From positions 1 through 64,000 of the forward strand of contig JAWBKB010000008.1 of the NCBI GenBank assembly GCA_038831915.1: DNA of 64,000 nt, written 5' to 3'. Source of the DNA: Candidatus Caldarchaeum sp. (GTDB taxonomy: Archaea; Thermoproteota; Nitrososphaeria_A; Caldarchaeales; Caldarchaeaceae). The translations under genes were made by a program, and so were the position numbers. Numbering within the stretch: the first letter of the stretch is position 1; every line of letters starts with the position of its first letter. The notes under the pieces are model-generated. The model did no database searches, was not told the origin of the DNA, and was given only the letters and a program-made list of their open reading frames with translations. Shown here in pieces: positions 9,969-21,024 of the stretch.

Positions 9969-12348
9969 CAGGTTTGAGGGCAGACCCGCATCAGCTTTAG
10001 GCATTTTGTTGATCGTTATTGCTATTGTTATCTCTACGCTTTCTCCAGTTTTTTCATACCAACCTAAAGAAGAAAACTCAGAAATTGAACAGTGGCTTAG
10101 GTGGGCCCGCACCGCATGGGGATATTTTCAGCCTGGCGTGGGCGTAGACCCAAGAACTGGAATAGCAAAGTCAGCATATTGGTGGCCTTACGTAACTGAC
10201 TGGGACACAGGCGGATACATAATCGCTATAATCCAAGCCGAGCTTATGGGGTTGATCCCTGCACATGGTACTTGGGGCGCATACGACAGAATAGAGAAAG
10301 TGTTACGTTTTCTAGAGTACAGGCCTTTGAGTCCGAAAGGAATTCCTTATCTATGGTATCGGTCAGCCGATGGAAGCAACATGGGTGATGATGAGACAAA
10401 TGTGTCAGATGCCGGAAGACTGCTGATAGCCCTATATCTACTAAAAGAATATAGACCGGATCTATCTAGCAGAATAGATTTCATCGTCAAAAGAAATAAC
10501 TACGAAGCGCTCGCTGAAGATTCTTCTGCATGGCGCACCACAAGTGGATTCTATATGTACTACGTGGCTCACGGTTTCAAGTTCTTCGGTTTTGATGTTC
10601 ACAAGCCGGTTCAGAGAGCGCTGGATGAATTTAACAGGATCGCAAACGGGCCACACGTTGATGTTTTCGGAGTAAGCCTACCGATAGCAGAAGTCACCTC
10701 CGAGCCTGTTCTCCATACTATTTTTGAGCTATCTCCTGACGAAAGATACATGGATTATGCTAGGAGAATCTACATGGCGCAGGAGCGGAGATACAAAGAA
10801 ACGGGAAGATATACAGCTTGGTCGGAAGGGAACACTGGAATTACCCCATCATATGTATTTCAATGGGTTGTTCATCCCGCTGGGGCGGTGTGGAGGATCA
10901 CCCCGCAGGAGATATCGCCAATAGTTTTTACGAAAGCCGCGATAGGGCTTCATGCAGTATTCAAAACCGAGTATACTAAGTCTCTTGTGAACTACATTCT
11001 GAGCAGAATTTCTTCTCAGCCTTCGCCTGGTGGGTTTCTTGAAGGAGTCGACGAAAACGGTAGAATCGTAGCCCAGCTAATAGACAAGACGCAGGTATTA
11101 GTTATTTCAGCAGCATTTTATGCTCTGATGAATCTCGCACAAGAATCTGAACGCTTCATCCTTGAAGTTTCTGATCGAAAGATAACATTAGGAGAGACGG
11201 TTAGATTCAATGTTTCATATAGTCCTTCGACGTTTCTAAAACCACGTCAACAAAGTCTAAGCATTCTGGTCTACGACAAAGCCGGTGAAGTAGTATTACA
11301 ACGGATAGAGGAAGGGTTTTCGGGCCGATTTACTTTTGAATGGGTGCCCGAATCGGCTGGCATTTATAGAGTTGAAGCTAAATCATTGACTGATTACGTG
11401 TTGCATACCCGTCAGTTGTCGAAGAACAGCTCTGTCGCTGTCTGGAGTGCAAAGATTACGTCGGTGGGGTTTCCTTTAGTTGTCGGAGCAGGAAATAGGT
11501 TCAAGCTTGACTGTTACATAGTATTCTCTTTCGAAGATGATGAATACACTGCTGTTCCTTTAAGAATCTATGCTGTTGATGGGGGTGGAAAACTGTGGGT
11601 TGAGCTAACCCGCTTCGTTAGCAAAGGTACTGGAACCGAAAGAATCACTCTTGACATAATATCTCCCAAACACCCCGGTAACTTCAACCTACAATTAAAG
11701 ATAGAATACTTGATGGATGGTGTTTGGCGAGCTGGAAATGACGCTGATATTAGCGTTCAGGTGGTAAGCGCCAAGCTAATCAGCGTGGAGTATCCAAAAA
11801 CTGTTCTTTCGAAAAGTCTGTTCAATATAAAAGCAACCGTCGAATATTACTCAAATTTGGACAAGTTACCTCTCAAGGTAGTTGTCAAAGACCTCGAAGG
11901 ACGGCTGTTGCAGGAATCCGGCCAAAAGATACTTGCGGGATCAGGAAATTCCGATTTTACCATCGACTTGCAGGCCCCCGATTATATCGGAAATTTCACG
12001 GTAGAGTTTGAAGTTCAATACCGCCTAGGAGAGGAGTGGGTAAGGGATGAGATAGACGGCACTAGATTCAGAGTCGCTTTCTCTGTGGTGGAGAGGGATA
12101 GTGCTATGCAGGACGGTATCACAACAGTCAAAGTTGTAAAAGAAACAGTGACTGAGACGGTAACTGTTAGAGAAGTACACACCCAGCACACTACGGTGAC
12201 TAATGTCGTCACAAAAACCGTGATAGCACTCGGTCAGCAAGATTCACTCACTCCGATGTTGATTATATTAACTAGTGTTGTTATACTAGTGGCTACTATG
12301 TTGCTTTTCAGCCGTCGGTATAAACTACTATACAATTACGAGAGTTGA
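9952..12348 (+). CDS. Membrane-anchored extracellular DUF3131-like (putative glycoside hydrolase/transglycosylase) protein with Ig-like domains
   Basis: Signal/TM segment, ARTAWGYF..DPRTG, DWDTGGY, SDAGRLLIAL, TSEP motifs, then beta-rich repeats, a Thr-rich stalk and a C-terminal TM. Overlaps the GT2 end by 17 nt. Confidence 0.65.
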   Translation: MTQKHNRFEGRPASALGILLIVIAIVISTLSPVFSYQPKEENSEIEQWLRWARTAWGYFQPGVGVDPRTGIAKSAYWWPYVTDWDTGGYIIAIIQAELMGLIPAHGTWGAYDRIEKVLRFLEYRPLSPKGIPYLWYRSADGSNMGDDETNVSDAGRLLIALYLLKEYRPDLSSRIDFIVKRNNYEALAEDSSAWRTTSGFYMYYVAHGFKFFGFDVHKPVQRALDEFNRIANGPHVDVFGVSLPIAEVTSEPVLHTIFELSPDERYMDYARRIYMAQERRYKETGRYTAWSEGNTGITPSYVFQWVVHPAGAVWRITPQEISPIVFTKAAIGLHAVFKTEYTKSLVNYILSRISSQPSPGGFLEGVDENGRIVAQLIDKTQVLVISAAFYALMNLAQESERFILEVSDRKITLGETVRFNVSYSPSTFLKPRQQSLSILVYDKAGEVVLQRIEEGFSGRFTFEWVPESAGIYRVEAKSLTDYVLHTRQLSKNSSVAVWSAKITSVGFPLVVGAGNRFKLDCYIVFSFEDDEYTAVPLRIYAVDGGGKLWVELTRFVSKGTGTERITLDIISPKHPGNFNLQLKIEYLMDGVWRAGNDADISVQVVSAKLISVEYPKTVLSKSLFNIKATVEYYSNLDKLPLKVVVKDLEGRLLQESGQKILAGSGNSDFTIDLQAPDYIGNFTVEFEVQYRLGEEWVRDEIDGTRFRVAFSVVERDSAMQDGITTVKVVKETVTETVTVREVHTQHTTVTNVVTKTVIALGQQDSLTPMLIILTSVVILVATMLLFSRRYKLLYNYES

Positions 12349-12437
12349 TAACATATCTTCAAAAACGAGAGATCCAGCACGTTACATTTATCACATCCCG
12401 CTACCCTGCCATCATTTCTGATTGTTAGTGAGCTGTA

Positions 12438-13979
12438 TTGGAACAATTGCATAATTGCAAACTAAAATTATTGAGATCTGACATATGCGGTCGAAAGTTG
12501 AAAAAGTTTCGATCCCTTAATGATATACGCAGTTGGTCCTATGCTGCGGCGGCATTCATTTTTGCGTTGACGATTAGAGCTATTCCAGAAGTACTGTCTT
12601 GGCCGTATCCCATTGGTTTCGACACTATTCACGCGTATGTTCCCTGGATAATCAGTAGATATCCGCTAGACCTTCCTCTATCTGATTTTTTTTCTAATAC
12701 AATCTTGTTTCCGTTGATTGCGGTTTTGGTTAATGATCTTTTGCATAATCCGGTTCTTACTATTAAGGTTCTTGGACCCATGCTGTATGCGCTAGTTGGT
12801 TTAACCGTTTATCTATTTTGTAGACGGGTGTTGGGATGGAACTTTACCAAATCATTACTAACTGTATTTATATGCTCTATCTACTTCGTCTCTCTGCGAA
12901 TCTCGTGGGAATCATATAAGCAGATGTTAGGAACGGTTTTCCTCTTTCTAGCAATGACTTGTAAAAGTCTATCCGACACGAGGCTTAGCAAGACATTTAC
13001 TCCAATATTGTCGGCGATGACGGCGTTGACTCATGAAATAGCGACAGTCATTTTAATGACTGTTTTGGCGGTTGATTTTTTCGTCTCACGTCGAAAGAGC
13101 ACTAACGATACAACTGATGTGCTGCTATCTTTGTTGGTAGCGGCTGGGCTATTTTTCTACAACGTTCACTACAGGTTTTTGAACACGTCGATGCTTCCGC
13201 TGGAAAGCTTTGATGAAGAAAAGTTTTCGCTAGCCTTGTATATCTTTGGATTCATTTTGTATTGTTATAGCTTCGTCTTACCGGTAATTCCCTTTGGCGT
13301 AAGAAGAATTAGAAGTCATCATGTGCACAGCTGGATGATTATGGCGTTCATCATAGGGGTCTGGCCAACCATATACCCTGACTCAGCACCCCTGCTATGG
13401 TTCCGCTGGATTATCTTCATGGTTTATCCTATTATGTTCTACTTCGTTGAGGGAGTATATGCAGTCCTTCGTGAGAAGAGGAGAAACTTTGTTGTTCTAG
13501 TAGCAGTGTCTCTAACCATGATTATCGTTTCCGCTGGCTATTATTTAACGACCGGCCCATATAATGCATTTCCGTATTTTTCACACTTTAATCCCTACAA
13601 ATCGTATATCCAATCATCAATGCTTCAGTCTGGAATCCCGCTTGATGATATACCACCCACGCTGCAAGCATTGGAATGGCTGTCAAAAAATGCGAAAGGA
13701 GTTGTTGTTTTACACGAGTCGTTCCATGCATGGACTATTTTATGTGACTGCAAAATAGACAATTTAATCGTTGTTAAAGAGCGAAGACTAACCTCTCCGA
13801 ACAGGAACAACTTCGCAGAAATACTTGTACGAATGACACAGAAAACCGAAGAGAAGGTTTACACAATTTGGTGGTTAAATGGTCATGGCTGGTACAACGT
13901 TTATACTTTACCTAGAGAATTTTATTTAGAAATAGCCTTCGAAGACATAGCGGTTTACGTGTATAATCCGTTTTCCTAA
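12438..13979 (+). CDS. Polytopic membrane protein, GT-C-like
   Basis: About 12 TM helices, YPIGFDTxxxY acidic loop after TM1, soluble C-terminal domain. Start uncertain. Confidence 0.6.
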   Translation: MEQLHNCKLKLLRSDICGRKLKKFRSLNDIRSWSYAAAAFIFALTIRAIPEVLSWPYPIGFDTIHAYVPWIISRYPLDLPLSDFFSNTILFPLIAVLVNDLLHNPVLTIKVLGPMLYALVGLTVYLFCRRVLGWNFTKSLLTVFICSIYFVSLRISWESYKQMLGTVFLFLAMTCKSLSDTRLSKTFTPILSAMTALTHEIATVILMTVLAVDFFVSRRKSTNDTTDVLLSLLVAAGLFFYNVHYRFLNTSMLPLESFDEEKFSLALYIFGFILYCYSFVLPVIPFGVRRIRSHHVHSWMIMAFIIGVWPTIYPDSAPLLWFRWIIFMVYPIMFYFVEGVYAVLREKRRNFVVLVAVSLTMIIVSAGYYLTTGPYNAFPYFSHFNPYKSYIQSSMLQSGIPLDDIPPTLQALEWLSKNAKGVVVLHESFHAWTILCDCKIDNLIVVKERRLTSPNRNNFAEILVRMTQKTEEKVYTIWWLNGHGWYNVYTLPREFYLEIAFEDIAVYVYNPFS

Positions 13980-14324
13980 CTGTTTAGCAGAGGTAATTTT
14001 ACAAGAATTAGCGACCCCAGCATTAATATCAAAGTCATCTGGAGGGGGTGTATATCGTATATGCATCCTTAACAGCCAGAATCAAGCTCGTTTTCCTCCG
14101 CGTATTACACACAGAGACGGTGCTTAGATTGTACTGACTAGCCGATGATGGTACCTTATAACAAAAGTATCGATTATTTGCTCAAACAGATGACAATTTT
14201 TGCACGATACTCGAGCGATAAAAGGTTTCATGGCATAGCTCTGAATAACATTCATGGAGCATAACGAAGAGCGGACACACAGTGATCAAAGCCGGTCTTG
14301 AAAGATTTATCGGGCTAAAACTAA

Positions 14325-16952
14325 TTATGCGGTCTTTTTTAAATTCTGGATCCTGTCAGGAATGACAAATAAATTCAGTGGAACAAGTAAAAGAATCGCA
14401 TATGTAAAAGTATTGGACGGGCGAAAAACATGCAGCCCCATCACTTCACTGTGCAATATTTGACGGCTGTCACTTAAAAGCACTATCCTTGCCATTCGAG
14501 CGATTAGATTACCGTAGTGTAACCCATTGTATTTATTTGCAAACTTCAAGATGACTTCGTTTATGCCTGGCTGAAGGTGTATAGGATAAACTCTTGAAAA
14601 CCTCTCGCTGGAAATCACAAGCGTGGCGTTATATTGAACATCAGCTAGCAGGCTTATTTTGAGCAAAATATATGCATCGTCAAGTTTAGAAGAATCAGAT
14701 ATTTCGATTTTCCAGGAATGATTAATCACGGATAATTTTGGTTTATATGGGAGTTGAGTGCCCTTGTTGATGGCTACATGCAGATCGCATTTCTCGCCTA
14801 TTTTCTTCAAGAACAGGATTTCAACTTCTTCAAACTTCGTCGCGAAACGCCTTTTTGAAAAATAGTCTCCTACATATGCGTCTACACCGTATGAAAGTGG
14901 ATGGTCGCATGTAAGTAACAGAGTCCCGTTAGGTAGGCTAGAAACTAATTTTGCGAACTGTTCCTCGGGAGGTGGCATGATCCAAACGACATTATCGTAT
15001 TTGTTGCTGAGAAAACTGTCTATGACATGTAGTGAGGTAACAACGACCGAGTCAGAGGGTATCGCTGATGATACGTTTTTCAGGTCCGGGTATCGATATC
15101 CCACTGAAGAGTGAAATGCAGAAGTTGAAAACACTAAAAAGTTTGCAACAATTGCCGAGATCAGTACAAATTTTACAAGAAAAGAACTTGTTGGCGTTTT
15201 ACTAATTTTTGGAACGACCCTTAGGAAGGTCTTGAGGAGACCGGATCCTCTGCATAGAATACAAAGGGATGTGACCAAAATTGTTAAAGAAAATAGAAGC
15301 AGGTGAAAGATAGGTATGTCGAAGTCTAGAACTTTTCTAGATATTGCCAAGTACGAAAAGGGAAGAGTTGGATAGTAACCATTTAGAATAAACAGCATCA
15401 ATAGCGTGGATACGGACACTACCGCCATTTGTAAGATGCCTACATAATCTATGAATTTGTGAAAGTAACTGAGAGCTAAAACTATCACCATCGGAATTAG
15501 GAAGGCGTAATATCTATTCATAACGAAAGATTCAAAACCAAACTGAAGTGCATGTACGTAGCTTATTACGAGAGCTCCCAACGTTAAGCCCGCCAGTAGT
15601 CTGACTTGCAGGCCGGTTCTTGATTTACTAGTTAAACTATTGAACATTGAAAGGATAAAGGCTGAGAGACCGACCACTGATAGGTTCTGAGGTGAAAGTA
15701 CGACATTAAGCACCCACAGATATTGCGCTAATGAAAATTCCGTTAGTTTTTCGAAATTGAAAAGTTCCAGTAGCGAATACGGATAGAAGGTGTATGTGTA
15801 TCTGATTTCTAAGGAGCTTCTCGATAATCCAAATAAGTAAATCAATATAATTCTGTAGATATCTATCGAGATAAACAACGCAACGACAGCAACTGTTATC
15901 GTGAAAAGCATCCCGAAGATTCTTTGTGTATACCACCTATACTTGAGAATGTAAAAGACGAAGATAATTGCCGCGGCAGTTACCAGAGCCAGATTGATTT
16001 TAACTAGCAGCGTGACGAAAGCTACGGCCATGACTTTTAGAAAATTAACGTAATTAGGTCGGATGTGCGGGCCCACGGCCTCGAACGAATTCAAGAAAAA
16101 TATGCACAAGTAGACTGAGTAGAAGGCGACTATCAAGTCTGATAAGGCATAGCTAGATAGCACGAATAGCAAAGGGTTGAAGCTAACTAGAACTGGTACT
16201 GACAAGATCATCGGTGACCTCGCCACGTCACTTTTAATACAATACAATAGCTGAGAAGTTGCCAAACAAAGTCCAAACAGGAACAGAAGGCTTCCCAGAT
16301 TGATTAGTGACTCCGACCATTCAGGCAAAGAAGCCATCTTTGATGCAAACTGTAAAGAAACAACGAATCTGGAGGTTAGAATATATGAGAATTCGCTGGC
16401 AAGTATGTCGTATCCAATTGGAAAAATCTTGCCTGTCTGCAAAAAGATGCGTGCTGCATTTAGGTGGAAATTTTCATCTGGTGTAACCCAGTGCAACCAT
16501 CTCGAAGAGAGATATGCAGAAGTTGTGAAAATGCATAAAAACGTTGTAGCAAACCAAGCTATCTCCGTTTTGCTCGTCGTTATAGATGTTGGACTGATTT
16601 TTAAATAGACACGGGCAATTATCAAGCTGAGGCTGAAAACCAGAACGGCTGAAATGAAATGCCAGTATGTCACGGGGTGAACTAAAACGCCTAAAAGCAT
16701 AACCAGCAATGGAGTAATTATCGAACCCACGAGAATCGACTGTGACGAAAGCTCTATCAAGGACGGGGTCTTTCTCAAAAACAGAGAGCTCAGCATCATT
16801 CCAGGAACGAAAAAATACATCAAAATAGAGACCACTATTCCCATCCACACAGGCAAAAATAGCAGAATAAAGCTAACCAGAACTTGAAGAATGAATAAGA
16901 CAGTCAACGACTTTATGTTGAAATACACAACCAACATTGCGTTCACACACAT
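14325..16952 (-). CDS. Large polytopic membrane protein, GT-C-like
   Basis: Many TM helices, TPDE acidic loop motif, C-terminal extracellular domain. Confidence 0.55.
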   Translation of the reverse strand: MCVNAMLVVYFNIKSLTVLFILQVLVSFILLFLPVWMGIVVSILMYFFVPGMMLSSLFLRKTPSLIELSSQSILVGSIITPLLVMLLGVLVHPVTYWHFISAVLVFSLSLIIARVYLKISPTSITTSKTEIAWFATTFLCIFTTSAYLSSRWLHWVTPDENFHLNAARIFLQTGKIFPIGYDILASEFSYILTSRFVVSLQFASKMASLPEWSESLINLGSLLFLFGLCLATSQLLYCIKSDVARSPMILSVPVLVSFNPLLFVLSSYALSDLIVAFYSVYLCIFFLNSFEAVGPHIRPNYVNFLKVMAVAFVTLLVKINLALVTAAAIIFVFYILKYRWYTQRIFGMLFTITVAVVALFISIDIYRIILIYLFGLSRSSLEIRYTYTFYPYSLLELFNFEKLTEFSLAQYLWVLNVVLSPQNLSVVGLSAFILSMFNSLTSKSRTGLQVRLLAGLTLGALVISYVHALQFGFESFVMNRYYAFLIPMVIVLALSYFHKFIDYVGILQMAVVSVSTLLMLFILNGYYPTLPFSYLAISRKVLDFDIPIFHLLLFSLTILVTSLCILCRGSGLLKTFLRVVPKISKTPTSSFLVKFVLISAIVANFLVFSTSAFHSSVGYRYPDLKNVSSAIPSDSVVVTSLHVIDSFLSNKYDNVVWIMPPPEEQFAKLVSSLPNGTLLLTCDHPLSYGVDAYVGDYFSKRRFATKFEEVEILFLKKIGEKCDLHVAINKGTQLPYKPKLSVINHSWKIEISDSSKLDDAYILLKISLLADVQYNATLVISSERFSRVYPIHLQPGINEVILKFANKYNGLHYGNLIARMARIVLLSDSRQILHSEVMGLHVFRPSNTFTYAILLLVPLNLFVIPDRIQNLKKTA

Positions 16953-17000
16953 TGTCTGGAGTGTTTAGAAACTATTTGTTTCACGAACATTTCCGTCACG

Positions 17001-18062
17001 TTACACGGCTTTTTCATAGTAAGAACTATGGATTCGTTGTGTCACTTCTTCATACGTTTTTACAACATTTAATGCCTCTTCATCGGTTACGGGCAACTCA
17101 ATATCGTCTACTATACTTTTCACGAATCTTTTAATGAATTCAGTGTGCATGCCTTCGTACCGTTTCAAAGCTATTGCAGCCATTATATCAATTGAGGAAG
17201 CTACCGTATCCCAGATTATACGCAGGTTATCCAACCCAATGCTGATAGGGCTTATGTTCCTACCGCGTTTCTTCAAAAGTACGTTGTTGGTCAAATTTGC
17301 GCAGAGAATACCATCGGTGCCCAATATGTTCAGCGTCGTTTCCGGCCTAGCAGAGTTAAAAGAAATGTGTGCAGTAGCTATCTGATGTTTATCGTTTTCA
17401 AACAAAACTTTGAGCTCATCTATAGGCATCCATTCTCGCTTAGCCATTTTAACACCATAAATGCATTTAACTTGTATTTTTCCCAAGATTCTATAGAACG
17501 TGTATATTGGATGTGGCAGGCTTTCACCAAAACGTCCTGCTTGGATTCTATGCGACCAATGCGATGGATCAGCAACCATCGGGTCGTTTCTTGTATGTAG
17601 CATGGTCAGGTTAATGCTTGCTATATCGCCCACATAATCGTTACCCAAGTATTTCATGATTTTCCTCATGATGTATGAGAAAACCCAGCTATGAACTACG
17701 CTAACTTTCGTTCCATACTTTTTTGCAAGTTTCGACATTTCGCAAGCCTCTTGAAAAGTTATGGCAAAAGGTTTCTCGACAACCGCATGAACACCTGTTT
17801 CGGCAACGGGTTTAAAAACACTAAGCCGTACGTTAGGAGGAGTGCATATGGAGACCGCGTTTAAGTCTTCGTGTTCAATCATCGTCGATACATCTTCATA
17901 CCATCTCGGAACACGCCATGCAAAGGCCCGCGACTTAGCTAGGTAGACGTTGGAATCGCATATGGAAACAACTTTGGCTCCTGCTTTTCGCCAAGCATCG
18001 ACATGCGTTTTTGCTATCGCTCCACACCCGATCACTCCAATATGAAGTTTAGCCATCCTCAT
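17001..18062 (-). CDS. Gfo/Idh/MocA family oxidoreductase
   Basis: IGCGAIA, ICTPP, VEKP motifs. Confidence 0.88.
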   Translation of the reverse strand: MRMAKLHIGVIGCGAIAKTHVDAWRKAGAKVVSICDSNVYLAKSRAFAWRVPRWYEDVSTMIEHEDLNAVSICTPPNVRLSVFKPVAETGVHAVVEKPFAITFQEACEMSKLAKKYGTKVSVVHSWVFSYIMRKIMKYLGNDYVGDIASINLTMLHTRNDPMVADPSHWSHRIQAGRFGESLPHPIYTFYRILGKIQVKCIYGVKMAKREWMPIDELKVLFENDKHQIATAHISFNSARPETTLNILGTDGILCANLTNNVLLKKRGRNISPISIGLDNLRIIWDTVASSIDIMAAIALKRYEGMHTEFIKRFVKSIVDDIELPVTDEEALNVVKTYEEVTQRIHSSYYEKAV

Positions 18063-18096
18063 CGTTCGACTCCCGGCAAACTAGTACTAATACGTT

Positions 18097-19281
18097 TCAC
18101 TTTGTGGCAAGTTCTTCATAAACGGCCTCTAGCTTGTCGACTGTTTTTTCGATCGTGTAGAACTTTTCAACTATACATCTTCCATTGCGACCCATTTCCC
18201 GAGCCAAATCAGGATGAGTCAACAAATGATGAATATGTTGTGCCAATTGGGTGAATTCACCATTTTTGAATAGCAAGCCGGTCCGATTATCTAATACCAA
18301 CTCGTTTAACCCCCCGACATCTGATGCTATTACAGGTTTCTGACATGCATATGCTTCGAGCACAGTTAAACCAAAAATCTCGTATCGTGAAGGAACCACG
18401 AAAACATCAGATTTTTTAAATGCTTCGACTTTATCCCGTAGGTACAGTGGCCCAATGAACTTCACGTAATTAGTGAGGTTCAAGCTATTAACTAGATGTT
18501 TAGCTTGTTTCAAGTAACCATCGTCAGGACCAGCTATTACAAGGATTGCATCCTTGTAAGACATTTTGTGCAGAAGTTCAGAAAACGCCTTTATCAGAAT
18601 GTCTACGCCTTTGACCTTATGCAACCTTCCCAAAAATAACACGATTTTTTTTCCTTTAAATCCTTCGAATTTGGTCTTCATTTCACCTTCTACCTTAAAG
18701 TCCAGAAGGTCCACGCCATTTGGCACAATTCTTATTTTTTCTTCGGGAACACCCATTGCTCTATACATGTTAGCTTCAAACCTGCTGACGCAGATTATTC
18801 TAGTGGAGTTTCTAAGAATTCGGTCGCCGACAAGTCTCTGTAATAGTGTCTTAACGATGTGAAGTGTTAAAGATGTCGGTAAGGGTGAACGATAAGATCC
18901 GTGCGGTTGAAAAACTAAGGGAATGTTATGCCCTCTGTTTGCTAGGTATCCTGCGACCCCTTGAAAAGATAGCGCATCGTGTATGTGTATAACGTCGAAT
19001 TCTCGTAATTTACTGGCTAGGCGTAAGAACATTGACGGTGTTACCGTAAATGTCTTGTATCTGAGCCAGCTACGCATGTAATGTACGTCGACATTGTTAA
19101 CAGAATAACTACCAGGAACGATAAATCGGAGAGCATGTAGATCTAATAAATTAGATGCGTAGACGCTGATTCGGTGACCTCTTCTTGCAAGTTCTTTCGT
19201 AATTAGATACATCGTGTTGGTTATACCATCCGCGACTTTAGGTACCGGAGGATATACGTAACCTAAATGAAGTATTTTCAT
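18097..19281 (-). CDS. GT4 glycosyltransferase
   Basis: VPNGVD, GRLHKVKG, EIFGLTVLEA. Confidence 0.92.
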   Translation of the reverse strand: MKILHLGYVYPPVPKVADGITNTMYLITKELARRGHRISVYASNLLDLHALRFIVPGSYSVNNVDVHYMRSWLRYKTFTVTPSMFLRLASKLREFDVIHIHDALSFQGVAGYLANRGHNIPLVFQPHGSYRSPLPTSLTLHIVKTLLQRLVGDRILRNSTRIICVSRFEANMYRAMGVPEEKIRIVPNGVDLLDFKVEGEMKTKFEGFKGKKIVLFLGRLHKVKGVDILIKAFSELLHKMSYKDAILVIAGPDDGYLKQAKHLVNSLNLTNYVKFIGPLYLRDKVEAFKKSDVFVVPSRYEIFGLTVLEAYACQKPVIASDVGGLNELVLDNRTGLLFKNGEFTQLAQHIHHLLTHPDLAREMGRNGRCIVEKFYTIEKTVDKLEAVYEELATK

Positions 19282-19320
19282 CGAATTAATGCATCAAATA
19301 GCGCTATAAAACGTGCTCGC

Positions 19321-20811
19321 CTAGCTTTGGTCGCCGAAAAGAACCTTTAAGATCGGCTTCACGTATGGGGAAAGATTAGCTAGCACCTGTTTTGATAGCA
19401 AGGCATTAGATATTTCTTCTAGGTCTTCCCTAGTTACTAACTTCAACCTTGCGTAAGCAACATAAGAAGACATGAGAATTAGCGGTATGCCAATTAGCGG
19501 CGGAAGAGTCAGAGAGAACAAAAATGAGGGAAGCGGTATTAGAAACATCTTTAAACTATTTTCCGGATAAAGTCGGTACGCTGTTTTCTTGGAGAGAATG
19601 GCTACGAAGAGCAAGCTAGATATGAATCCGGCGGAGAAGGAGATCGAGGCACCAACATCCGAAAAGGCGGGTATTAATATGATATAAAGAATTTGTCTCG
19701 GGAAATTTTCAGCAATCCCAATGATCGTCACGTCACTATACTTTCCACGGGCATATACATAGTAATAGTAGCCATAGACCAAAGGAGCCAAGAAGAAACC
19801 CATAGCTAAGATTGTGATCGAAGTTGATGCAGAACTATACGCCTCCCCTAAGAAAGACGATACAATTGCCGAGTAAGCTATAAGGATGAAAAGCAAGGGA
19901 TACATCAGCGCTGAGGCTATTCTAACTGCTCTACCCATGAAGCTCTTTCTGCCATCACTCATCGAGCTCAAAACCGGGAACATCAAGCTTAAGATATTTA
20001 ACGGAAACGCTAAAACGCCTATAGTCACAGAATATGCCATAAAGTAAGTCCCGGTCCCATGATTTCCAACAAAACCTCCCAGAAACAAGAGACTTGACCA
20101 TTGACTCGTAAGAGATAAGACGGATGGTATCCATGCAGCAACTCCAGCGGCGATCGAGTCGGTAATGGCTTTAAAGGATGTTGAGAAGTCTGCACCAAAT
20201 ACACTAAGGATTTTACCAGCGAATAGCAGTAGTAAAATGTCCGAAACCAAGAGGGCTACTATATAACCAATCATTATTCCACGAAAACCCAGACCAAAAT
20301 AAACGAGCGGGATCCCGGTCACTATTCTCGCCAGACCAGCAATCATTTGTGTTAAACTAATATATTCTGTTTTGAGCGTAGAATTGAAGAGCGACGTTAC
20401 AACCAAAGGCCAGCCATTCAGACCCAGTAGCATCAAGACTGAGGCGAACACAATAGATTCTGGATCTAGAGGTATGTTTTTTCCAAACAACCCCAACGAT
20501 AAGAATATCAGGGCAGTTGTAGCGTCTAATATAAAAAGAAATACGAGCGATGAGTAAAAATAACTACCTAACGCCGAAGCGTCGCCACATGTATTTTCCG
20601 CTCTCAGGAGACGTAGAATACCTATAGGGATGCCTAATGAAAGAATGGATAGCAAAACGCTTACTACCGCAATCACAGTTGCTGCTTTTCCCACTGTTGA
20701 TGGAGGCACTATCGGGAAAATAAGGAACCAATAGACGAATCCTAAAAAGTTTGAGACAACATAACCAGCAGAAAGCCAAAAGCTTCCCCGTACAACCTGC
20801 CGCAAATCCAT
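19321..20811 (-). CDS. Wzx/RfbX-type oligosaccharide flippase
   Basis: About 14 TM helices, VVRGSFW start, G.Y..A and LMFPVLS motifs, glycan-cluster context. Confidence 0.8.
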   Translation of the reverse strand: MDLRQVVRGSFWLSAGYVVSNFLGFVYWFLIFPIVPPSTVGKAATVIAVVSVLLSILSLGIPIGILRLLRAENTCGDASALGSYFYSSLVFLFILDATTALIFLSLGLFGKNIPLDPESIVFASVLMLLGLNGWPLVVTSLFNSTLKTEYISLTQMIAGLARIVTGIPLVYFGLGFRGIMIGYIVALLVSDILLLLFAGKILSVFGADFSTSFKAITDSIAAGVAAWIPSVLSLTSQWSSLLFLGGFVGNHGTGTYFMAYSVTIGVLAFPLNILSLMFPVLSSMSDGRKSFMGRAVRIASALMYPLLFILIAYSAIVSSFLGEAYSSASTSITILAMGFFLAPLVYGYYYYVYARGKYSDVTIIGIAENFPRQILYIILIPAFSDVGASISFSAGFISSLLFVAILSKKTAYRLYPENSLKMFLIPLPSFLFSLTLPPLIGIPLILMSSYVAYARLKLVTREDLEEISNALLSKQVLANLSPYVKPILKVLFGDQS

Positions 20812-21024
20812 TTTACTATAGCACCATCGGTAGACTAGATGGATAGCCTACTTTCTTTGAAAAACAAGCATTGAAGCCATTATGAGCATTTATTCGAAAG
20901 ATTTCTTGGATGCATGATGGTTTACTTCGGTTAAAAAACCACTCCAAGCAACTAATGAAGCCAATTAAAAACGTCGCGATTAAAATCTGAAATGCGGAAT
21001 TGCTCGAGTTTTTACCGAAATTCG

